Positions 10,958 to 18,076 of a DNA stretch of 64,000 nt are shown here, one piece after another (the stretch's first letter is position 1; the number at the start of each line of letters is the position of its first letter). The stretch is from a virus. A program made the translations under genes and the position numbers. The notes under the pieces are model-generated. The model saw only the letters and a program-made list of their open reading frames with translations. It ran no database searches and had not been told where the DNA came from. The stretch lies in IMG/VR virus record IMGVR_UViG_3300035703_000072, positions 5,881 to 69,880 of that record; one strand, given 5' to 3'.

Positions 10958-10985
10958 AACTTTAAATTTTTAGATTAGACAATTT

Positions 10986-11657
10986 TTACAGATCACCAAC
11001 CATTTTAGCAACAACTGCATCGTCTGCTTTAATTTCGGCAGTTCCACCACCTCCAGCAGCCGGAGCATATTGATTATTATTGGCATTAGTTTGAGTTAAC
11101 TCGCCGTATTCAGTTTCCAAAGCTTTGATTTGGTCCTCAAAAGGAGTGTCTGAATTAACATCGATACGGTTTTCCCAATTCTTTCTGATGCTTTCCGGGA
11201 TGTTTTTCAACACCTCAGATTTACCAAAAAGCTCCGATGCAGTAGCGCGTTTTTGCTCAACAATTTTCCCAGTTTTTAAACTTTCGATTTCCGATGAAAG
11301 AGATTTGTTTTGTTTCAAAAGCGCTTTAGCCCAAGCCGGAGCATCTTTATCAACTTCAATTTCTTCGTCATCATCATCATCGTCGTCACCTTTACCGCCT
11401 TTTCCTTTTGCTTTTTCTGCGTCAGCTTTTGCTTTTGCATCGAGAGTACGAACTCTATCGTCCTCCTTAGCTACCGCCTCAAAGTCGATTACTTCGTTGT
11501 AATCGTTGATGATAGCATCAATAGCATCGTCGTCAGCATCGTCAGCTGGTTTTGGCGCAAGTTTAGCCGCATAAGCGTCTAGCCTTTTTGTGGATAAGTT
11601 AGCCTTAGGGTATAGAGCCTTAAGTCTTGCCTTGATTTTTTCTGGTGTAACAGCCAT
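10986..11657 (-). CDS. Capsid scaffolding protein
   Basis: Start taken at MAVTPEK (11657); acidic linker, PAWAKAL motif, coiled coil. Confidence 0.7.
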   Translation of the reverse strand: MAVTPEKIKARLKALYPKANLSTKRLDAYAAKLAPKPADDADDDAIDAIINDYNEVIDFEAVAKEDDRVRTLDAKAKADAEKAKGKGGKGDDDDDDDEEIEVDKDAPAWAKALLKQNKSLSSEIESLKTGKIVEQKRATASELFGKSEVLKNIPESIRKNWENRIDVNSDTPFEDQIKALETEYGELTQTNANNNQYAPAAGGGGTAEIKADDAVVAKMVGDL

Positions 11658-11690
11658 AATTAAAATGTTAGTTAGTAATATTTTAGATAA

Positions 11691-11734
11691 CAAATGTAAT
11701 AAAATTTATTTTTATTTAGTCTAAATAAAAATAA
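11691..11734 (-). promoter_or_regulatory. Head-operon promoter (TACATTTG -7 box) with 14-bp perfect inverted repeat
   Basis: caaatgta at 11691-11698; TTATTTTTATTTAG-T-CTAAATAAAAATAA at 11706-11734. Confidence 0.65.
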
Positions 11735-11747
11735 CTTAGTTTTTCAT

Positions 11748-11780
11748 AAAAAAACCACCTCAAAAAGAAGTGGTTTATTT
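11748..11780 (-). terminator. Rho-independent terminator after portal operon
   Basis: AAACCAC/GTGGTTT hairpin with A tract (U tract on minus). Confidence 0.6.
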
Positions 11781-11786
11781 AGCAAA

Positions 11787-12119
11787 TTACTTATAAGAAT
11801 ATTCGATACGCCGTTTGACATTTTCGTGGCAATCTCTAACCAATGGCTCGGACTGGATAACCTTGTCAATCTCCTTTTGGTTCTGATTGAAACTAAAATC
11901 GGTTGGCGGTTTGAGTATTTTAGCATCAATCATGTGATTTTTAAAAGTGTAAACCGTTTGCAATGAAATGTTGTGCTTCTCGGCCATTTCCTTTACCCAA
12001 CTAGACCTGAACTCTTTTAAATTGCTGATTTCATCACAAAGTATCTTTCTCTCGTAAGTGAATTCAATACTGTTGTGCTTGAAATAATTGATGATATTCT
12101 GTTTTAGTTGCTGATTCAT
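11787..12119 (-). CDS. HTH-like protein
   Basis: 110 aa, VKEMAEKHNISLQTVY helix-turn-helix pattern. Confidence 0.55.
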   Translation of the reverse strand: MNQQLKQNIINYFKHNSIEFTYERKILCDEISNLKEFRSSWVKEMAEKHNISLQTVYTFKNHMIDAKILKPPTDFSFNQNQKEIDKVIQSEPLVRDCHENVKRRIEYSYK

Positions 12120-12129
12120 GATATAAAAT

Positions 12130-12366
12130 TTACGTTGCCTTTATGTGACCTTTGGCCACTAGAAAATTTATCCTTTGAATAACTTCAACTCTTTGGCTTT
12201 TTGAAAGCGCACTTTCTTTCCTTTGAATTTTATAGTACTCTTCAATTAACGAGTCGTAGTTCTGCTCTACCTGCTCGATTTTTGCTTTTATTTTTGGCTG
12301 CCTTTTTTTGAAAGGTAGAATAAAAGGAAAAAACACCCATGTTAAAATTAGCTTTATTGATTTCAT
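12130..12366 (-). CDS. Hypothetical protein with N-terminal hydrophobic segment
   Basis: 78 aa, coupled to portal stop; similar to 24899..25090. Confidence 0.6.
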   Translation of the reverse strand: MKSIKLILTWVFFPFILPFKKRQPKIKAKIEQVEQNYDSLIEEYYKIQRKESALSKSQRVEVIQRINFLVAKGHIKAT

Positions 12367-13781
12367 TATACGCTAGCATTAGGTTGTGTTGATTCTGACT
12401 TGATTTTTTCAATTTCTTCTGTTGGATTTTCAACCATGTTAAGCATTTTGATTGAAGTTTCAGTCGATAACAATCCAGCTTCTTTAAGCCCCTTGATGAT
12501 GTTTGAAGCCGACTCCAAATCATCAGGAAGTATTGAATTGAAATTGATGTCGTAATACAAATCGGTAGCATCTTTTTTCAATCCGATGTTAGTTGTTGTA
12601 ATGCTTCCGGAAATCAATATATTTATGATTCTTTCAATCATCGTTCTGTTCTCTCCCTCGTTGCTCATAGCCTTGATAATGGCATCCAAGAACATCAACT
12701 TTAAAGCAACTCCCGATGTGTTACCCAATGACTTCAAATTGTCAAATGATAGGTCAGGTGTTTGAGAAATTGAGAATATCAACTTCCAAATAAGTTCGAG
12801 CTCGTTCTTATGGCTTTCATTTCCTCCCGATGATTCGATGAACTTTGCATCGCCATGAACATACTTACCGTCTTCGTCTTTCTTCATGGCCAAATTGATA
12901 ACCTTACCATCATCATCCTTATCAGGAAGCGCTGTTATCTCGCCATAAGTAGCTAAAATTGGGTGAGCTGTTCTATCGTTGGCTCCACCGCCTTTAGAAA
13001 TTGCCACCTCGAAACGATCTATCAACTCTTTAACATCAAACCATTCCGGCTCGTCTTGCGAAACGTAAACAATAGGAATTCTATCGAAGCCATGAGGAAG
13101 CGAACTAATCAGTTTTAATGTTCCATCGGCATCATTGATGATATAAGACTTGGAAGCATCCCATATCTGAACATTGTTAACGGTTTTCTCGTCCAACGTT
13201 TGAGTTTGATACTCCCACATAAACAATATCATATCGCCATTGGCATCGAAGTAAGGCGTCATTGTGCCTTTAGAGTTGTCTAAAACCTTTGTTTTGATTT
13301 CTTTTTTGGCATTCAATCCTAATTTAGCAAGGATTTTATTGAAAATGCCATCTTGCTTCATATCTGAAATATAAAAGTTCAAAGCGCCTTGGGTTTCGGT
13401 TTTCTTTAAGTAAACCAATTTTTGAATGGCAGCATCAATTCGGTTGTTTTTCCAAATCAATGAAATCAATTTGGTTAAATCGTTTTCAACTGATGGAATA
13501 AGAGTAACCGGCTTTCCTACTTCGAAAGAAGTAGAAGTAGTTGATATTTTTTTGGCAAAGTTGATAGGAATTCTAACAGCTCTAACAAGTTTTGATTTTT
13601 CACCGGTTCCAACGGTTTTATCCTTTTGGATATTTCCAACTTGTGTTTGCCTTTGGGTTCTGTCGAACTCCTTAAGCTCTTTTTTATAAGCGGTAATTTT
13701 TTGAGGGTCTTTTGTTTTTAATTTGATTTTCGCAATTGCCGATTTCGGATCGGACAATATAAGCTTCAACAGTTCTTCCAT
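12366..13781 (-). CDS. Portal protein A (SPP1 gp6-like)
   Basis: 471 aa, PHGFDRIPIV, TPDLSFD..GNTSGVALK motifs; follows terL. Confidence 0.92.
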   Translation of the reverse strand: MEELLKLILSDPKSAIAKIKLKTKDPQKITAYKKELKEFDRTQRQTQVGNIQKDKTVGTGEKSKLVRAVRIPINFAKKISTTSTSFEVGKPVTLIPSVENDLTKLISLIWKNNRIDAAIQKLVYLKKTETQGALNFYISDMKQDGIFNKILAKLGLNAKKEIKTKVLDNSKGTMTPYFDANGDMILFMWEYQTQTLDEKTVNNVQIWDASKSYIINDADGTLKLISSLPHGFDRIPIVYVSQDEPEWFDVKELIDRFEVAISKGGGANDRTAHPILATYGEITALPDKDDDGKVINLAMKKDEDGKYVHGDAKFIESSGGNESHKNELELIWKLIFSISQTPDLSFDNLKSLGNTSGVALKLMFLDAIIKAMSNEGENRTMIERIINILISGSITTTNIGLKKDATDLYYDINFNSILPDDLESASNIIKGLKEAGLLSTETSIKMLNMVENPTEEIEKIKSESTQPNASV

Positions 13782-13798
13782 GATTTCTGATTTATTTA

Positions 13799-15250
13799 TT
13801 AGTAATTTATTGATTTCAATACCTCTTCCGGTGTTTGTAAAACTTTAGACTCTGAATTAAAAGCGATGTGGCCATAACGCATATCATCCCATATATGATT
13901 GAAATTATCAATCGGTTGATTGATGGCAATTCCATTTATCTCTCGCATTCTATAATTCTGTTGCTCTTTTAAGGCTTGCTGATAAAGATGGTTTTTAACG
14001 ATATGAATCTTTTTAGTCTTCATAGAGTTAAGCCAGAACATTACCGACTTGGTTTTGCTAATTTTAAATGCATTAACGAAACCTTCTTTTCTAAGCCCTT
14101 TTACCATTTCAACGGTTCCTTTGTTCTCTCCGGTATATTTATCAGCAGAATCGCAAGGGATAATTGCTTCTTTATCAATTCCATTCGCATCAAGCACAGC
14201 GGCTAATTCTCCGGGCGTTTCGATTGGTTGATATGTCAATGGCTCGTACCAAATATTATATTCGTCCTCAGCGTATTTTCCGAGCACGTTCGGGTCTGTT
14301 GTAAATCCAAAGTCAATTGGGTAAATAGCTGCTTTATCTTTTGGAAACTCTTCAATCCACTCAACGTATGGAAATATGACGCCTTTCATAGCTCCACGCA
14401 ATCCAAGTCCATAAACCTTCCAATTGAATTCATCGGCGGTTCCGTTAGCAATATTGGTCGGATGTGGTGGCGGTTGGTTTGATTTAGTCACCGGCTCGAC
14501 CTTTCCAGTGCCTTTGTTATAGCACATAATTATCGAATCCTTAACGATGTAAGAACCGGGTTTCCACGGCTCCCAAGAAAGGATTTTGTTTTTCTCTTGT
14601 GGAGAAATGAATTTGTTATTTTGGTATGTAGTTCTTAAAAAAGCGACATCGGGACGACAAAGTACATTGTCAAAAAACCAGTGATCAGTAACCGAAGGGT
14701 TGTAATCAGCCCACCAAAATTTACGACAACGCAATTCCACCTGGTCAAATACTTCTTGTCGGATGAACATCATTTCATTGAAGAAAGCATAATCACAACC
14801 TCCACCATGCTTTCCATCCCCAAGGAAGTAAATTGTACTGCCGTTTATCTTGAAACTCTTAACCTCTTTAGCTCTATGGAATGGATTTGGAAGACCGTAA
14901 TCATCCAATCGACGTTTGAAATCATCGTACAAAGTAGTTTTGAATTCGTTGTAGGTTTCCCGGTAAATATTGATGGTGCAGTTCTTCTCTACATAAAGGC
15001 AAAGCCAAATGATGATATCAACACCGGACCAAGTTTTTCCGGAACGCGAAGAACCTTCCAAGGCACAACCTCTGTAACCACCAATAAGCTCGTCTCTTTC
15101 GTTGTACAGCTGCTCATTGATGGCTTTGTAAAGCAGCGCATAATTCGGGTTGGTTTCCTCGTCGATTATAGTAAGGCGCTTTCGTGAAATGTCAATATCC
15201 CTTTCTTTCAAAAGGGTTTCAAGTTCTAACATTTCGGCATCGGTGAGCAT
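13799..15250 (-). CDS. terL: Terminase large subunit A (PBSX-like)
   Basis: Walker A EGSSRSGKT, FFNE Walker B, DYNP, IDFG nuclease, NHIWDDMRY. Confidence 0.92.
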   Translation of the reverse strand: MLTDAEMLELETLLKERDIDISRKRLTIIDEETNPNYALLYKAINEQLYNERDELIGGYRGCALEGSSRSGKTWSGVDIIIWLCLYVEKNCTINIYRETYNEFKTTLYDDFKRRLDDYGLPNPFHRAKEVKSFKINGSTIYFLGDGKHGGGCDYAFFNEMMFIRQEVFDQVELRCRKFWWADYNPSVTDHWFFDNVLCRPDVAFLRTTYQNNKFISPQEKNKILSWEPWKPGSYIVKDSIIMCYNKGTGKVEPVTKSNQPPPHPTNIANGTADEFNWKVYGLGLRGAMKGVIFPYVEWIEEFPKDKAAIYPIDFGFTTDPNVLGKYAEDEYNIWYEPLTYQPIETPGELAAVLDANGIDKEAIIPCDSADKYTGENKGTVEMVKGLRKEGFVNAFKISKTKSVMFWLNSMKTKKIHIVKNHLYQQALKEQQNYRMREINGIAINQPIDNFNHIWDDMRYGHIAFNSESKVLQTPEEVLKSINY

Positions 15251-15969
15251 TAGATTATCGTTTGTCTGTCGCGGTTTTTGTAGTTGTAAACACGCTCGAT
15301 ATTATAGATGTAGTTCTTCAAATCGCCCTGCTTATCCATTCCGTTAGGGTTCTGTTTGATTTTGTCTTTTAGCACCTCAAAATCGCACTTACCGGCATTG
15401 AGAATGGCTTGAACGGCACCGATTAAATAGCGGTCTTTTGAGAAGCGATACTGACCGAATAATTCATCTGTCAAACGCAATAAGTCTTTGGTGCTTTCGA
15501 TGTGGTTTGCTTTGAATTCTCCGCTCTCAAATTCTTCTTTACACTTAACCTTTACGTTGTTCTTCATTAGCAAACCAGATATGGTCGAGATAGATATCTT
15601 AAACTCCCTAGATATCTCACCCAAAACAACATAATCTTGAATACCCAATCGGGAGTAACAGTTCAAAAAATCATTTATAGTCCATTTTTGCCCGCGAGAA
15701 TTTAGCCTGGCTATTTGTTGAAGAGTGAAATCGTTTTTGATTAAATAGTAAACTGGTTCCTCGCAAGCAACGCTTGTTTCAAATCTATGTTGGCCATCAA
15801 TAATTCTTAAAAGACCATCAATCTCTTTAACGATAATGGGGCAATAAGGCAGCATGTTAAAGCCGCTTTTGACATCATCAGTCAACTGCTCAACTTTTTT
15901 TCTGTTGATGTTTCTATTACCGTTTATTGTTGAGAATAAAGAGTAGTCTTTTGTTTGAAGGATTTTCAT
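15250..15969 (-). CDS. ParB/Srx N-terminal domain protein
   Basis: GNRNIN..PIIV..IIDGQHRF; translationally coupled to terL. Confidence 0.8.
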   Translation of the reverse strand: MKILQTKDYSLFSTINGNRNINRKKVEQLTDDVKSGFNMLPYCPIIVKEIDGLLRIIDGQHRFETSVACEEPVYYLIKNDFTLQQIARLNSRGQKWTINDFLNCYSRLGIQDYVVLGEISREFKISISTISGLLMKNNVKVKCKEEFESGEFKANHIESTKDLLRLTDELFGQYRFSKDRYLIGAVQAILNAGKCDFEVLKDKIKQNPNGMDKQGDLKNYIYNIERVYNYKNRDRQTII

Positions 15970-15979
15970 GATGATACAA

Positions 15980-16153
15980 TTAGTTATTTTCTACAAAAAC
16001 ATCACTTTCTTTGAGGGTTATTTTGAATTTATCGCCATCTGTACTCTCGGCAAAATCTAAAAGAGCATAGCCAATCAATACCGGATCAACTGTTTCTTTT
16101 CCGTCGATGAATATTCTGTTGTTTACAATTTCGATTTCTGAGTTTCCGGTCAT
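15980..16153 (-). CDS. Hypothetical 57-aa protein
   Basis: MTGNSEIEIVNNRIFIDGKETVDPVLIGYALLDFAE..., ATGA overlap with upstream gene. Confidence 0.55.
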   Translation of the reverse strand: MTGNSEIEIVNNRIFIDGKETVDPVLIGYALLDFAESTDGDKFKITLKESDVFVENN

Positions 16154-16431
16154 TGGTTAGCTTTTTTTAGGATTTGAAGAGGTTTATTTAAATTTAGAGC
16201 AATGATTTTTCGGTCTCTTCCTTTTGCTGCCTCTCTATCATTATCATAAAAACCACACTCATATCGAACGCCTTTAACAGTAATAGAAGAAACCCACTTT
16301 TGGGCTTGGATATTCCAAGTAACACCTGTGTACTTTGATACTCTTTTATGGGTTACGGCCTCTGATTGTTTACTGTATAGCATAAATTCAATTTTAAAAT
16401 ACTGCTGTCTTTCCATTAAGGCATTTGCCAA
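16150..16431 (-). CDS. AP2-domain DNA-binding protein
   Basis: SKYTGVTW..KWVSSI..GFYDNDREAA..RD pattern; true start may be a downstream ATG. Confidence 0.75.
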   Translation of the reverse strand: MANALMERQQYFKIEFMLYSKQSEAVTHKRVSKYTGVTWNIQAQKWVSSITVKGVRYECGFYDNDREAAKGRDRKIIALNLNKPLQILKKANQ

Positions 16432-16557
16432 GCTGTCAGTCTTTTGATAATTCAGCGTGGTTTGTCGCCGGCCGTTTCAAGAGCTTTGAAACAATCATTA
16501 TCAAGGCCTACGTTTCCGACAAGAAAAGATTTATGAAGAAACGGCTACTTAACTACG

Positions 16558-16664
16558 TGGAGAAGAGAGGACTCGAACCTCTGACGCATCTGATTAAGTT
16601 TAGATCTCCCCAAATAAAAACTACACTACAATCAAACCGCTCTAACCAACTGAGCTACTTCCCC
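16558..16664 (-). ncRNA. tRNA-like RNA with extended anticodon arm (copy 1)
   Basis: Acceptor GGGGAAG/CTTCTCC-A, D arm GCTC/GAGC, T arm AGAGG-TTCGAGT-CCTCT; 40 nt replace the 7-nt anticodon loop. Confidence 0.8.
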
Positions 16665-16817
16665 GATTTGCTCGTCTGTTCCGAACCGTCAAGCTACTTA
16701 GCTAATGATTTCACCCTATTCTGGAAATTGATTTCCCGCCATAAACCGTTAGGGCTTGGTGCGTGTCCTATCTGCTTACTCCACGCATTCACTATTGCAG
16801 ATGAATATTTCTTTTTG

Positions 16818-16890
16818 TAGCAAGAGCGGGATTCGAACCCGTGACCTTCGGATTATGAGTCCGACGAGCTGCCGACTGCTCTATCTTGCG
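16818..16890 (-). tRNA. tRNA-Met(CAT), initiator-like
   Basis: 73-nt cloverleaf, loop CTCATAA, C1xU72 mismatch, A11-U24; CCA not encoded. Confidence 0.9.
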
Positions 16891-16895
16891 ATGTT

Positions 16896-16974
16896 AGGCT
16901 TCTATATGTGGCTCGTCTTAAACACCGGATTATGCCACATTCTTATCCGATACGAGTCTGCACGAGTGAAGCCT
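16896..16974 (-). ncRNA. Putative pseudoknotted RNA 5' of tRNA-Met
   Basis: Complementary pairs AGGCTTC/GAAGCCT, CTCGT/ACGAG, CGGAT/ATCCG, ATGTGG/CCACAT. Confidence 0.5.
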
Positions 16975-16981
16975 TTTTATT

Positions 16982-17218
16982 TTAACCAAAAGCAACTTTT
17001 GAACGTCTTTTTCTTTTTACCATGTTGCTCTGACGAGTTGCAATATAAGTCCCATACTGCTTTGGAGTAACTCCATAATCTGGAGGAAACAAAGTTCTAG
17101 GAGCATCGCCCATTGACGCACTTTTTTTAAATTCAATTGCGGATTTATTCGCTGTTTGTGCTGCTGATCCTAAACCAAGCATCGCTGCTGCCATTTTTAG
17201 ATAAGTGTTTTTTCTCAT
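16982..17218 (-). CDS. Hypothetical basic protein
   Basis: 78 aa with own TATATTTG promoter (17243-17250). Confidence 0.6.
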   Translation of the reverse strand: MRKNTYLKMAAAMLGLGSAAQTANKSAIEFKKSASMGDAPRTLFPPDYGVTPKQYGTYIATRQSNMVKRKRRSKVAFG

Positions 17219-17242
17219 AATTTCTACTGTTTTAAATCATTC

Positions 17243-17283
17243 CAAATATAATATTTTATACAATTCATTTGTATTTTATACAA
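17243..17283 (-). promoter_or_regulatory. Promoter with TTGTAT-N3-ATACAA palindrome
   Basis: caaatata 17243-17250; TTGTATTTTATACAA 17269-17283; same layout at 19580-19620. Confidence 0.55.
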
Positions 17284-17301
17284 TTAAAATTTCAAATTTT
17301 T

Positions 17302-17784
17302 TTAAGGTTGCTTTGCTGATAAAGCCTTGGCAACGAGTTCATCAAGGCGTCTTTGCTTTTCAGGACCAAAACCATCTTCAAGGATAATCGGGTTTTCTTT
17401 ATCGCCTTGTACCTTGATTGTTCGGGATGGATAAAGCGCTTCAAGTTTACTGATTTCCTTTTTGATGTTGTTCACAACGGCCATTCCTTTCGGAGTGCCT
17501 TTGTATTCATCTTTCATGTTCCGGATGTCTTGCTTTAATTCAGCAATACGCATGATGCGCTTCTGCTCAATTGTTGAAGCTTCCTCGCGCTGCCAATAAA
17601 CGTATGCTTTATCAAGCAGGTTCTTGGCTTGGCGACGTCCTACCGGTATGCCGTTCTTGTCTTTGAATTGCTGAGTGATGTTTTTAAGTATCAAATAATC
17701 GGGCACGCCGTTGATTATCCACCCTTGAATGATGAATACACGTTTTTCAGTTTCGATTTTACTTGACCTTGCACCTCTTATCAT
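17302..17784 (-). CDS. Putative terminase small subunit A
   Basis: Clear paralogue of 58836..59255, which overlaps terL B; EKRVFIIQGWII..RRQA..MKDEYKGTP. Confidence 0.65.
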   Translation of the reverse strand: MIRGARSSKIETEKRVFIIQGWIINGVPDYLILKNITQQFKDKNGIPVGRRQAKNLLDKAYVYWQREEASTIEQKRIMRIAELKQDIRNMKDEYKGTPKGMAVVNNIKKEISKLEALYPSRTIKVQGDKENPIILEDGFGPEKQRRLDELVAKALSAKQP

Positions 17785-17790
17785 AGCTAT

Positions 17791-18030
17791 TTACGCTTGG
17801 GGAAACAATGATTTTATGATGCTAAGAATATCTCTTTGCTCTTGAACAATTGCTCGAATTTTTGCTGCTTCTTCCTCTCGCATCTTTTGAATGACCTCTG
17901 GCAAGCCATCCATTGAAGTATTTGTCAACGCTTGTAAAGCATCTAGTCGACCGTCAAGCCTTTCTTGTAAAAGGTCTTTTATTGAATTAACAGTTGCACT
18001 CATGATTTTAAGTTCTTTATCGTTATCCAT
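17791..18030 (-). CDS. Coiled-coil protein upstream of terS
   Basis: 79 aa; paralogue of 59252..59491 (KMREEEA motif). Confidence 0.75.
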   Translation of the reverse strand: MDNDKELKIMSATVNSIKDLLQERLDGRLDALQALTNTSMDGLPEVIQKMREEEAAKIRAIVQEQRDILSIIKSLFPQA

Positions 18031-18076
18031 GTCGGTAGAATTGTGATTTTACTACAAAACTACTGCAATTTTTTCA

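Noticed and set aside
16558-16664. Group I or bulge-helix-bulge intron in the tRNA-like gene
   Set aside because: Too short for group I, no canonical BHB, and the two copies give no consistent spliced anticodon
16432-16981. Naming the island GOLLD, ROOL, tmRNA or a known ribozyme
   Set aside because: Could not match conserved cores by eye; needs an Rfam search
16425-17070. Plus-strand ORFs of 131 and 104 aa
   Set aside because: Antisense to tRNA and structured RNA; no protein features
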